64,000 nucleotides of DNA from Cetorhinus maximus (lineage: Eukaryota): assembly GCF_964194155.1 (NCBI RefSeq), contig NC_135907.1, forward strand, positions 9,734,001 through 9,798,000, written 5' to 3'. Below the pieces are notes generated by a model, which was not told the origin of the DNA, ran no database searches, and worked only from the letters and a program-made list of their open reading frames with translations. Numbering within the stretch: the stretch's first letter is position 1; each line of letters begins with the position of its first letter. The translations under genes were made by a program, and so were the position numbers. Shown piece by piece: positions 53,601-60,849 of the stretch.

Positions 53601-54338
53601 GGGAACACATGCCAACTCGGTTCAGAGTGACAACAATCTCAAAGCAGCACCCAAGGAGCTCCTCCATTCAGCTGACAGAATGAGGAAGGGATATTTGTAG
53701 CTCTTCTAAGCTTGCCTGGTGACTCGGCATCAGTTTTGGACCCAGTTTCATAGTTGCTCTCATTACGCAAAACTGTTCCATTGTGTTGTAAAAACAGAAA
53801 ATGCTGGTAAAACTCAGCAGGTCTGGCAGCATCTGTGGAGAGAGAAACAGAGCTCAGAGCCATTGTGTTCCTCTACTTCCATCTTGCCTTGCTTTATTGC
53901 ATCCTAAATCAGCAGTGTATGTGTATCAGCCTTTTAATTTCAAAAGACAATTGCTAATCCTGTCTGCTGCTGTTCTGGATGCCCTTAAACTGCAACAGGT
54001 TGCACAGTGGGTGCATTGCACTTGAAGGATCCTTTGCAACTCATGCTTCAATGTTATTTCACTTTGGGCTGAACTCTCTGCCACCTCCGACAAACTGTAA
54101 AAATATGATTTGGGTTTTTAATTAAAGAAAGTCAAAACAGAGTCAGTGTTCCGCAGTGGGCACAAGTGAAAATGCACAGCTGTCCCAACTCCATACCATG
54201 GGTCTGGTTGGTGAAGTAGTTGTAGAGCTGAGATACATAAGTCAGAATGCTGAGACGGTCTGGAACACGCATTGCAACCATGTCTTCTGGGTCCAAGAGT
54301 GCTGGAATTCCCAGCTCCTGTTCAGCCACTTCAAATGC
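2562..54338 (-). CDS. MICALL1: MICAL-like protein 1, partial spliced gene (13 coding exons in window, about 1010 aa; 5' exons and last exon outside or not found)
   Basis: Spliced translation gives CH-domain end ([21 protein letters not shown]), LIM ([40 protein letters not shown]), [40 protein letters not shown] and bMERB ([21 protein letters not shown]; [24 protein letters not shown]). All junctions are GT-AG and phase-compatible. Exon numbers below follow human MICALL1 by inference. Confidence 0.93.
2787..5860 (-). mobile_element. CR1 LINE, decayed near-complete ORF2 (APE plus RT) and 3' UTR
   Basis: ORF fragments: [17 protein letters not shown]; [11 protein letters not shown]; [41 protein letters not shown]; [29 protein letters not shown]. 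Confidence 0.93.
5900..6230 (+). mobile_element. Ancient LINE RT C-terminal remnant (CR1/L2-group)
   Basis: Decayed translation [13 protein letters not shown]...[12 protein letters not shown]...QIERIEKR. Confidence 0.55.
6236..6375. repeat. 41-bp tandem repeat, about 3.4 copies
   Basis: cagtaccccaatatcctatgccagttgcccctacagtaagc starting at 6236, 6277, 6318, 6359 (partial). Confidence 0.9.
6402..6516 (-). CDS. MICALL1: MICALL1 exon 14 (bMERB), 115 bp, phase 1 to 2
   Basis: cctgcag|AGAAAGATTGG...CGACAACG|gtaatc; [39 protein letters not shown]; preceded by an 88-bp intron. Confidence 0.93.
6605..6678 (-). CDS. MICALL1: MICALL1 exon 13 (bMERB), 74 bp, phase 2 to 1
   Basis: ttcccag|TTTCAAGCAG...AAACCAG|gtcagt; [24 protein letters not shown]. 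Confidence 0.93.
7621..7711 (-). CDS. MICALL1: MICALL1 exon 12 (bMERB), 91 bp, phase 1 to 2
   Basis: ccccag|ATGAAGAC...GTTTACAC|gtgagt; [31 protein letters not shown]. Confidence 0.93.
8700..9420 (+). mobile_element. L2 LINE 3' fragment
   Basis: [22 protein letters not shown]...KLEAIQNS (L2 ORF2 C-terminus), tail ataaatacaagttgttgttg; interrupts CR1 endonuclease fragments at about 8200-8570 and 9420-9510. Confidence 0.8.
9650..10920 (+). mobile_element. Probable solo LTR with inserted SINE
   Basis: Ends ccctcctaacctgtttataaaca, LTR-like composition; no clean target-site duplication found. Confidence 0.35.
10050..10391 (+). mobile_element. Shark tRNA-derived SINE, near full length
   Basis: A-box tggtgtagtgg, B-box ggttcgaatcc, tail gggcaataaatgctgg...aatgaataaaaaaaa. 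Confidence 0.85.
10921..11985 (+). mobile_element. CR1 LINE 3' fragment
   Basis: Decayed RT (aagtttgctgataacacc), catttcttcacacaaagggt..tggaactctctccc, and tail ggggctgaatggcttcct. Confidence 0.85.
12326..12452 (-). CDS. MICALL1: MICALL1 exon 11 (start of coiled-coil/bMERB), 127 bp, phase 0 to 1
   Basis: ttttttag|GTGCACGCA...GAAAATG|gtgagt; [42 protein letters not shown]. Confidence 0.92.
14006..14357. repeat. 26-bp G-rich minisatellite, about 13 copies, followed by degenerate G-rich repeats to about 14700
   Basis: cgggggctggggagaggtggggcaag tandem units. Confidence 0.95.
14916..15050 (-). CDS. MICALL1: MICALL1 exon 10 (second NPF motif), 135 bp, phase 0 to 0
   Basis: ttttgcag|TCTTCATGC...AAACGCAAG|gtaagt; [45 protein letters not shown]. 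Confidence 0.93.
15150..18320 (+). mobile_element. CR1 LINE remnants (ORF1 esterase region, APE, RT; at least two pieces)
   Basis: [26 protein letters not shown] (ORF1 SGNH-like), [18 protein letters not shown] (APE), [30 protein letters not shown] (RT). Confidence 0.88.
18335..18710 (-). mobile_element. Shark tRNA-derived SINE
   Basis: Reverse complement of the 10050-10391 family; ends actacgccaccgtctcccc. Confidence 0.85.
19388..20172 (-). CDS. MICALL1: MICALL1 exon 9 with internal 63-bp coding tandem repeat, 785 bp, phase 1 to 0
   Basis: tttttcag|CCTCTCGC...CAGCCAAAG|gtaggt; ASRSLQFQ...[12 protein letters not shown] (matches the MICALL1 PSPALSVESLS motif)...LPPKPP...DLQPK. Confidence 0.85.
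19541..20023 (-). repeat. Coding tandem repeat: seven 63-bp units ([21 protein letters not shown]) plus flanking 21-bp monomers
   Basis: 63-bp period in DNA (tggctaatgctggactctcgtgggctggtgcaatactctc..); open frame throughout. Confidence 0.95.
21390..21575 (-). mobile_element. SINE/LINE-tail fragment; similar copies at 25530-25700, 29735-29890 (+), 41060-41130, 49700-49945, 56045-56290, 59225-59340
   Basis: Shared ccagcatttattgcccatccctaattgcccttgagaaggtggtggtgagc motif. Confidence 0.75.
21681..22003 (+). mobile_element. Tc1/mariner (Tigger/pogo-like) MITE
   Basis: TIR-like gttgagtattctttatcc ... cttgacctg|ta; same family as 34386-34740 in opposite orientation. Confidence 0.7.
22185..23113 (+). 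mobile_element. Solo LTR (probably Gypsy-type), 929 bp
   Basis: TGTAAG...GTGACA termini flanked by a 4-bp direct repeat AGAA (22181-22184 and 23114-23117); internal AATAAA near 22934. Confidence 0.65.
23688..24010 (-). CDS. MICALL1: MICALL1 exon 8 (first NPF motif), 323 bp, phase 2 to 1
   Basis: aaacag|GAAAGGA...CCCTCAG|gtgagc; [18 protein letters not shown]...NPFDVDD...[28 protein letters not shown]. Confidence 0.9.
26264..26842. mobile_element. GC-rich MITE, probably PIF/Harbinger-type
   Basis: TIRs tggcagaatttt / aaaattctgccc with 3-bp duplication AAG on both sides. Confidence 0.75.
26960..29725 (+). mobile_element. CR1 LINE, decayed with deletions (ORF1 plus ORF2 plus 3' UTR)
   Basis: [20 protein letters not shown] (ORF1), [27 protein letters not shown] (APE), [19 protein letters not shown] (RT), tail gggctgaatggcctgct. 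Confidence 0.9.
30181..30487. mobile_element. GC-rich MITE, probably PIF/Harbinger-type
   Basis: TIRs gggcagaatttt / aaaatttagccc with 3-bp duplication CAG (30178-30180, 30488-30490); related to 26264-26842. Confidence 0.78.
30725..30806 (+). pseudogene. tRNA-Ser(GCT)-derived degenerate copy
   Basis: 82 nt, colinear with the vertebrate tRNA-Ser(GCT) gene (GATGAGGTGGCTGAGGGGTTAAGGTGATGGACTGCTAATCCATTGTGCT...). CpG-type transitions and a broken B-box/T-loop (GGTCCAAATATC). Confidence 0.85.
30909..31080 (+). mobile_element. 5' part of shark tRNA-derived SINE inside the tRNA/Tx1 array; second copy at about 31484-31600
   Basis: gaaga(t/c)ggtg..tagt..aatccagag..caggytaat..ggttygaa..ggaatttraattca matches the SINE at 10050-10391. 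Confidence 0.75.
31093..31165 (+). pseudogene. tRNA-Phe(GAA)-derived degenerate copy
   Basis: 73 nt, GCTGAAATAGCTGAGTTGGGAGAGTGTTAGCCTGAAGATCTGAAGGTCCCTGGTTCAATCCTGGGATTCAGCA; mismatches in D, anticodon and acceptor stems; A/B boxes still recognisable. Confidence 0.85.
31171..31469 (+). mobile_element. Tx1-type (L1-superfamily) non-LTR retrotransposon 3' end (ORF2 C-terminus plus 3' UTR)
   Basis: Decayed translation VAIN...[21 protein letters not shown]...[12 protein letters not shown]...DDILI* resembles the Tx1 ORF2 C-terminus; T-rich UTR ending TTTAAAAGAG. Confidence 0.7.
31601..31675 (+). pseudogene. tRNA-Ile(AAT)-derived degenerate copy
   Basis: GGCCAATTAGTTCAGATGGTTAGAGCATCATGCTAATGATACCATAGGTCGCAAGTTCAATTCCTGTATTGGCCA; acceptor stem pairs, anticodon stem broken. 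Confidence 0.8.
31700..31970 (+). mobile_element. Two further truncated Tx1-type 3' tails in tandem (about 31700-31812 and 31822-31970)
   Basis: Both align by eye to the 31350-31469 tail (ttcctttg...gttacag...caggggytgt...attagtt...ttaaaagag). Confidence 0.65.
32523..32589 (-). CDS. MICALL1: MICALL1 exon 7, 67 bp, phase 1 to 2
   Basis: tatttag|GAGGAACG...GCGGAAAG|gtgagt; encodes [23 protein letters not shown] with the PVPKPR motif; needed to bridge the phases of exons 6 and 8. Confidence 0.85.
34386..34740 (-). mobile_element. Tc1/mariner (Tigger/pogo-like) MITE
   Basis: TIRs aggtcgaatatcctttatcc / ggataaaggatactcgacctg followed by TA. Confidence 0.78.
37030..37607 (-). mobile_element. Shark tRNA-derived SINE with a second short head copy
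   Basis: Same family as 18335-18710; head ends at 37507 and again at about 37607 (accactatgccaccgtctcccc). Confidence 0.8.
37907..38325 (+). mobile_element. DeuSINE (SacSINE1/AmnSINE1-related) copy; fragments also at 13170-13330 (-), 33030-33300, 50060-50240, 57555-57640 (-)
   Basis: ctccagtgcag..gagtgct..gctgtctttt..ctgccccctcaggtggac.taaaa.atcccatggcactattc..ctggccaatattt (Deu-domain-like) with L2-like tail. Confidence 0.7.
38870..39480. mobile_element. CR1 RT fragments in both orientations
   Basis: 38870-39215 resembles 3350-3700 (minus); 39215-39480 resembles the QHGF..SCLTNL region (plus). Confidence 0.7.
39884..40770 (-). CDS. MICALL1: MICALL1 exon 6 (second half of LIM plus disordered linker), 887 bp, phase 2 to 1
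   Basis: ctctaag|GTGTAAGGAG...GTAAATG|gtatgt; [16 protein letters not shown]...FVCTHH...PPVPVPR...PRPVPRTR...VLVN; lies within ORF 39876..40847. Confidence 0.9.
41370..42280 (+). mobile_element. Old CR1/L2-group LINE 3' part carrying the SINE-shared tail
   Basis: ggagttcctccgggaagt (GVP.GS), gggctgttcactgacaat (LF.D), ccaccatctacaaggctcaag, tail ccacatggactgcagtggttcaag. Confidence 0.7.
42540..42676 (-). CDS. MICALL1: MICALL1 exon 5 (first half of LIM domain), 137 bp, phase 0 to 2
   Basis: caccag|AGTGATTCC...TGCTTTAG|gtaatg; encodes [46 protein letters not shown]. Confidence 0.9.
44661..46512. mobile_element. Penelope-like element with about 600-bp inverted pLTR arms
   Basis: Minus ORF 45209..45958: [31 protein letters not shown]...[21 protein letters not shown] (GIY-YIG); arms 44707-45325 and 45911-46512 are reverse complements. 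Confidence 0.93.
46414..46452 (+). ncRNA. Minimal hammerhead-like motif (CUGUUGA core variant)
   Basis: AGTT-CTGTTGA-AGGGTCATGAGGACTT-GAAA-CG-TC-AACT; related copies at 9512-9545, 35216-35254, about 54990-55025 and 58787-58823 (-). Confidence 0.5.
46513..47495 (-). mobile_element. CR1 RT fragment
   Basis: [27 protein letters not shown]; [16 protein letters not shown]. Confidence 0.8.
47500..48758 (+). mobile_element. Probable LTR-like sequence interrupted by a MITE
   Basis: Ends aataactgggattt...gagatcatagca like shark LTR 3' ends; boundaries uncertain. Confidence 0.35.
48254..48610. mobile_element. Tigger-like MITE
   Basis: ta|cagtaaaaattctgttatccggca ... tgtcagataacagaaattttcc inverted termini. 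Confidence 0.6.
49350..49450 (-). CDS. MICALL1: MICALL1 exon 4, 101 bp (74 bp if the internal donor at 49377 is used), phase 1 to 0
   Basis: Poly-T tract ctgtag|CTGGTGTT...CCAAAT|gtgagt; encodes [25 protein letters not shown](VSKQVFSPN); phases match exons 3 and 5. Confidence 0.8.
50930..52610 (-). mobile_element. L2 LINE, decayed RT and 3' end
   Basis: [40 protein letters not shown]; [14 protein letters not shown]. Confidence 0.85.
51702..51997. repeat. 83-bp near-perfect inverted repeat (51702-51784 / 51915-51997), 130-bp spacer
   Basis: One mismatch in 83 bp by eye. Confidence 0.9.
53309..53758. repeat. About 130-bp imperfect inverted repeat (53309-53439 / 53632-53758)
   Basis: ttcctccttctgtcagctgaat..ggagctccttggttgctgct..tttgagattgtt vs aacaatctcaaagcagcacccaaggagctcc..attcagctgacagaatgaggaa. 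Confidence 0.8.
54197..54338 (-). CDS. MICALL1: MICALL1 exon 3 (CH domain C-terminal part), 142 bp, phase 0 to 1
   Basis: ccatag|GCATTTGAAGTG...ACCCATG|gtatgg; encodes [47 protein letters not shown]. Confidence 0.93.
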
Positions 54339-54544
54339 CTATGGAGACAAAGACACACATTAAAGAGCTGCCGAGCTGTTTAAAGAACAAGGTTGGAACA
54401 AACCCGCCAAACACAGGGTTATCAAACGATGCAGCAGGCTCGAGTAGCCGAAAGGCCTACTTCCTTATCCTAATCCGTATGCTCGTGTGCGTCATGAATA
54501 AGCTGCCAGTGCCAGACACAGCAACAGAAGCTCGCGGAACAGGG

Positions 54545-55070
54545 CCTTATCCTTCAAAAAGGCTTTCTGAACTCAACACCAAGTTCAGGAACTTCAGATC
54601 ATAATTTCTGTTATTTTTTCAATGTTAGCTGAGGGTAACGATTCCGCTATTCCCATTTATCGCTCCTCTAGACCAATGCTTCCCAAACTTTTCAACTGCG
54701 ACCCCATTCCGAGGCTTGAACGTTTCTGTGATCCCTTGGAGGGGGCTGCTGCAGAGCTTACCACCCCAGAATCTCATGTCGCGACTCCCAGTTTAGGAAG
54801 CCCTGCTCTAGGCCCAGCTTTTGTTTCTTTACTCGTCCCATTACCACCACCTTTTGCACCATCATCTCTTTCTTTGTCCTTTAATCTCTCCTGCCTTCCA
54901 CCCTATCACAGGCCACCCCTTTTGTTCTTTCCTCCCGATTCACCCTATTTCTGTACGTGCTTAAAACTCGTTACATCTCTAATCTTTCAAGTTCTGATTA
55001 AAAGTCGCCGGCCTGAAATGTTACGGTTTCACCTTCCACACGTGTTGCCAGGCTGTTGAATATTTCCCAA
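54545..55070 (+). mobile_element. Penelope-like pLTR remnant; related copy at 58725-59215 (-) and short pieces at 9510-9640, 13015-13165, 18890-18950, 35185-35320, 53788-53850
   Basis: actcaacaccaagttcaggaacttcagatcataa (end of GIY-YIG ORF) through the hammerhead-like motif. Confidence 0.7.
54674..54805. mobile_element. hAT (Charlie-like) MITE nested in a Penelope remnant
   Basis: TIRs caatgcttcccaaact / agtttaggaagccctg with 8-bp duplication ctctagac/ctctaggc. Confidence 0.8.
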
Positions 55071-55415
55071 GTCAAGGCCTTTACAGTTGATCTACTGCCA
55101 ATTTATTGAAGAAAGGAAGGCTGCTTATTCTAATGATCAGTGAACTGTGGAAAAATAACATGGGCTGAAGGTGTTGGTAAGAAGTAGGGTGAGTGAATGG
55201 TTTAAAGGGAGCTTTTTACTTAGGGGTTTTGCAGACTGGGAGTCGCCTACGTAGATAGAATTCACACATAGTCCCACTATCTTGGTGCAATTAGCGTGAC
55301 CTCAGAGTTCCTTTCCCTTCCTTGATTTCTAATTACTATGAGGTATGCACAAAAGAATGCTGGAGGTAAATCTCTGCAACAAATGAACCAGGCTGTTTAA
55401 TCCAACAATTATTCA

Positions 55416-55545
55416 CAGTTAAGGGATGGAGGACAATCTAGCAATTAAAACAGTTAAGGGACAGAGAACAATTTAGCAAGCAAATCGCTTAAGGGAAAGC
55501 AGATAATTTAGCAATTAACGCAGTTAAGGAGGATAGAGGTCAATC
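55416..55545. repeat. Diverged 35-bp tandem repeat, about 3.7 copies
   Basis: cagttaaggg..(g)acaat(t)tagcaa.. at 55416, 55451, 55486 and about 55520. Confidence 0.7.
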
Positions 55546-56819
55546 ATAGTCTAGAATGTAGAATGGTTACAGTACAGGAGCAGGCCATTCAGCCAGTCAT
55601 GTCCATGTTGATCTTTGCAACAGCAATTCAGCTAGTCTCACTCCCCTGCCTTTTTCCTGTGGCCCTGCAAATTATTTCTCTTCAAGTGCTTATTCAATTC
55701 CCTTTTGCAAATCACAACTGAATCTTCCTCCACCCCACACACACACGCAGGCAGGCACACACATCTGCATTGCAGATTCTAACTAATCACTGCATAGAGA
55801 AGTTTTTCCTTCAACAAACATATACATATACACCATGTCTCTCTTCTCACAACCCCTTAGAATTGTACCCTTCATCTTATTGCCTCTCCTTGTTCTTCCT
55901 ACCAAAATGTATCACTTCACACTTTTCTGTAACAGGTCATCATGGACATTAGGCCAAAGTAAAGGGAGCCACTGCTTCACCAGCCAGCTAATAAGCTAGG
56001 GCTAGTGGGATATGCCCAAGGAAAACTGATCTACCACTTTTCAAAATTCATTCACAGGATGCGGGCTTCTCTGGCTGGGCCAGCATTTATTGCCCATGCC
56101 TAGTTGCCCTTGAGAAGGTGGTGGTGAGCTGCCTTCTTGGACCGCTGTAGTCCATGTGGTGTAGGTACACCCACAGTGCTGCTAGGAAGGGAGTTCCAGG
56201 GTTTTGACCCAGCGACCGTGACGGAACGGGGATATATTTCCAAGTCAGGATGGTGAGTGATTTGGAGAGGAACTTCCAGATGGTGGTGTTCCCATTTATC
56301 TGCTGCCAACATCATGGATGTTGGTTCAAAGTATAAAAATTGTCACATTGCAGAAAGAAGCCAGAATGTTGGGGCATTTTATAATTTGTAACAGGGGCAA
56401 CAAGTGAAGTCAAGTTCTGAAATCAAGTGAACTCTGCCATGCTGTATTTGCTTCTGTTGAATCATACTCAATTTCTAGTTTGCAGCTCTGGAGATACATG
56501 GCGTACCCTTCAACAGGAGAGATTAAGAGCCTATGGAGCTTATTTGTATTTCCATTACATACATCATCAAAAGAAATGATTGTTTACTCTGTAACTACAT
56601 TATGGCACATGTCAGGATTGAGAGTTTGCTTGTGGAAACAGACCTTTGCATTAGGCCTGAGAAAATACCTGGTTATCTAGAATGTGCCCAGCTGTATTAG
56701 AATTGTTACAGCACAGAAGGCAGCCATTCAACCCATCGTTTCTGTACTGGCTCTCCTAAGGAGCAATTCATGTACTGCCCCTCCCTGGACATCCCTGCGC
56801 ATTCCTCCTTTTCAGATAT

Positions 56820-57500
56820 TTAGAAAATGTGGAAACATTTACGGCACAAAGGAGATCACTCTGTCCGTGTCTGCACCAGCCAAAAAACAAGCCCCCCAGC
56901 CTAATTCCATTTTCCAGCACTTGGTCCGTAGCCCTGGAGATTACGGGAATTCAGGCGCATATCCTGACACCTCTTAAACAAGGTGAGGGTTTCTGCCTCT
57001 ACTCACCTTTCAGTGAGTGAGTTCCAGGACCATACCACCCTCTGGGTGAAAAGATTTTTCCTCATCTCTCCTCTAATCCTTCTACCAATCACTTGAAATC
57101 TAGGTCCCTAGTCACTGACCTCTCTGCCAAGGGAAATAGATCTTTCCCATCGACTCCATCCAGGCCCCTCACAACCTTGTACATCTTAAATACATCTCCC
57201 CTCAGCCTCCTCTGTTCCAAGGAAAACAACCCCAGCCTATCCAATCTTTCCTCATAGCTGCAATTTTTCCAGTCCTGGCAGTGCCCTTGTAAATCTCCTC
57301 TGTACCCTCGCTAGTGAAATTACATCCTTTCTGTAATAAGGTGACCAAAACAGCACAGTACTCAAATGGTGGCCTAACCAGTGTTTTATATAGCTCCAGC
57401 ATAACCTCCCTGCTCTTACATTCTATGCCTCGGCTATTCAAGGATAGTATTCCATATGCCTTCTTAACCACATTACCGACCTGTCCTGTTACCTTCAGGG
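56820..57500 (-). mobile_element. CR1 3' fragment
   Basis: VKKAYGILS..SRGIECKSREVMLELYKTLVRP.FEYC. Confidence 0.85.
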
Positions 57501-59369
57501 AAACTCTTTCGAGTTATCAACAGTCACAGGTTGCAACTCTTTCAAGTACAATCACAGTTCTTGGTTTCCAGGAGTGGGACATGAACCCACAACCCTCTGA
57601 TTCAAAGGCGAGGGTGCTACGAACTGAGCCACAGCTGACACCTCCCGTACATGCACTCCAAAGTCCTAGGTTCTTGGTTAAAGGAGCATGATGGAGGTGA
57701 CATTACACCTAGTTCCTCTTTGAATTACTGTTACCAGCCCCCCTGTTTTGCTCTGATTGCTGTGTGCATTGCTGGCCAGGCAGCTTAATTTGATTTCATT
57801 ATTGAAGCAATCGTCTGCTTCGTAAGAAGTTAACTGGAGGTGTGCCAATGCATACTGACTCCCCAGCTTCAGGGAGATTGTAATTACTGATATGGGTTCA
57901 AGAATAAATTAATCCTGATAAAGGAAAAAAAACTGGATGAAGTAATTCTTTTTTAATTTGAGGTTTCTGTAGAATTGGTGGGGGGGGTATCAGATGGTGC
58001 TGAAAGAGATAGAATCAAAGGCAAGTTTCGCTTGGTAGAAAAGCAATTCTTTGTAACAAATAATTGTTTTGATAATGGGACAAGTGAAAAATGGGGAGTT
58101 GCACTGATCTCATTAGCCCAATATAAAAAGAGCCTATTACCTCTTTCGAAAGAAATTCAGTTTAGTAACTTAAGTTATTGTTAATGTATAGGTCTATGGA
58201 GTTAGCATTTAATGTAACTATATATTATAGAAAGGTATAAAATCCCATAAATTAGAGGTAAGAGAAAAATATAAAAGTGGCAAATTGTAATGAGGTTAAG
58301 AAGGGTTCAATCAACCAGAGTTCAAAACTGCAAAGTTTTCACGTCCTCAACAATTGTGTGGTTGTAAGTACCATATTTCTAAGTGTTATAGCATGGACTG
58401 TATGACAAAACTGTGAACGCCTGATCTCAATGTTCTAGGATTCTCGATGATTTTACACAGTAGATGGAACAACTAATCAAACAAAAGCCACCCTGTAACA
58501 CTCCTTTCATTGCTTTAAATTGGCTGCTTTTAAGGACATCTTATTGGCTAACAGTGGCTGCTATGCGAGTTCAAGAGGGCACAGGTAAAAGATGTAAGCA
58601 TGTTAGTGACATAAACTCCATGTCACTCACTTCCTCCTTTTGTTTCTGATAGGTGCGCCGAGACAGATAGATAGCCCAGTCCTGTTGATCGGTGTTGTGC
58701 AAGACTGGCAGGTCTGGCCTGCTGATATAAAACAGAAAATGCTGGAAATACTCTGCAGATCAGGCAGCATCTGTGGAGAGATGAAGTGTTAATGTTTCAG
58801 ATCGATGACCTTTCGTCAGAACTGGAAAAAGTTCGAGATGACACAGGTTTTAAGCAGAGGCAGGGAAAGAGGGGAGAGTGAATAGAACAAAAGAGGAGGT
58901 CTGCGATTGGGTGGAATGCAAAAGGGATGATGGTGCAAGGCAAAAAGTAGTGGTAATGGGACAAGTGAAAAAAAAAGACAAAAGATGGGTTTAGGGGTGG
59001 TGTAAATGGGCACTGCAGAATCATTATCAACAGCTAACATCCCAAAAATATGGGAGAAGTTATGACTGAAATTGTTGAACTCAGTGTTGAGTCTGGAAGG
59101 CTGTAAAATGCCTACCTGAAAGAGGAGGTACTGTTCCTCGAGTTTTATGTTCAGCTTCACTGGAACAATGTAAGAGGATGAAGACAGAGAGGTCAGAGTG
59201 GGAATGGGGCAGAAAATCAAAATTATTTATTTCATGGGATGTGAGTGTCACTGGCAAGGCCAGCATTTGTTGCCCATCCCTAATTCCCCTCTAACTGAGT
59301 GGCTTGCTAGGCCATTTCAGAGGGCAGTTAAGAGTCACCGCCAGGGCCAGCTGGGGAGGGTGGGGGGCT

Positions 59370-59925
59370 ACCGCCAGGGCCAGAGGTGGAGGGGGGCACC
59401 GCCAGGGCCAGAGGTGGAGGGGGGGGACCGCCAGGACCAGAGGTGGAGGGGGGGGACCGCCAGGACCAGAGGTGGAGGGGGGGGACCGCCAGGACCAGAG
59501 GTGGAGGGGGGGGACCGCCAGGACCAGAGGTGGAGGGGGGGGGGGGGGAACCGCCAGGACCAGAGGTGGAGGGGGGGGGGGGGACCGCCAGGACCAGAGG
59601 TGGAGGGGGGGGGGGAACCGCCAGGACCAGAGGTGGAGGGGGGGAACCGCCAGGACCAGAGGTGGAGGGGGGGGACCGCCAGGACCAGAGGTGGAGGGGG
59701 GGGACCGCCAGGACCAGAGGTGGAGGGGGGGGACCGCCAGGACCAGAGGTGGAGGGGGGGGACCACCAGGACCAGAAGTGGAAGGGGGGGACCACCAGGA
59801 CCAGAGGTGGAGGGGGGGGACCACCAGGACCAGAGGTGGAGGGGGAGGACCACCAGGACCAGAGGTGGAGGGGGGGGACCACCAGGACCAGAGGTGGAGT
59901 TGGGGGGGGACCACCAGGACCAGCT
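59370..59925. repeat. About 29-bp G-rich minisatellite with variable G-run, about 19 copies
   Basis: acc(g/a)ccaggaccagaggtgga(g)n units. Confidence 0.95.
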
Positions 59926-60849
59926 GGGAGGTGGGGTGGGGAGGGGGGGGGTCACTGCCAGGACTGACACAGGATCACAGATACTAACTGCATCAGGTGC
60001 GTAGCAACTGGCAAAAGTACTAGTGCAGGTATTATCCAGCAGTGAGCAATTGTTTCCGATTTAAATAGCATCCTTTAAGACAAACACTCTCTCTGTCGTC
60101 AGCTCCTTCGTCCACGCAGTTAGAACAGACGCAAACTGATCCATAATAACAGATAATGCTTCTACTTTAGAACTGAATTGTGAACAACACTGTTATCCCC
60201 CTCGTCTTTATGAATAGATCTGAAAGGAACATAGAAAACTGTTGATGTCATGGGTTACACAGCTGGCAAAGGGCGCTGAGGGCAGTAAGGAGCTGGAGCT
60301 CACTGGCACGGTTGGCAGGGTAGCTGTGCTCAAGCACGCTGCACACTGACCTGCTCAATCTGCCCAAAAAAACACACTCCCTCCAGTCTCAACACTGATA
60401 CCATGGAACATCCTAGCACACAGACATAGCAAACCCATCTTGGGCATAATCAGCTTGTAAAACAACTGCAGCAAGTTAGAGAGTATATCTGCAGTCAGCG
60501 AATGAACACCAGGTGACCAGAGAGAACCCAGTCTGAACTTGTTCAGACCTGTCTGTCTACAGGAAACCACACTCAGGGAGAATCCAATTATCTCCCGGCA
60601 CAATCGTCCACTTTCTCAATGTGACCGAGTGGAGATAATCAAGAATGTGCCTGATTCTTCACAGATCCCCAGCAAACACTGCTCAAATTCTGAGCTCCCC
60701 CTCCGAATGCTCAGACCTCCTTCTCCCCGGAACACTCGACCCCCCCAGCTCCCACTCCCACCAAAGCCCCAATCCACAGCAACCCCCAGCACCCCCCACC
60801 CATTGCTGAGTTCCCCAGCTCCCCTGCAAAGCCCGGCTCCCCAGCTCCT

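Noticed and set aside
2562-54338. Calling the gene MICALL2 or EHBP1/EHBP1L1
   Set aside because: [50 protein letters not shown] and FKQQNLE fit MICALL1; the LIM domain excludes EHBP1.
58138-58165. Candidate MICALL1 exon 2 (..EFLSKE|gtaata on minus)
   Set aside because: Only an LSKE coincidence; lacks the expected DF.SLSK.NV.ENN.L sequence and acceptor. Exon 2 is probably beyond 64000.
59198-60004. Collagen- or extensin-like ORFs
   Set aside because: Minisatellite translation with frames shifting at variable G-runs.
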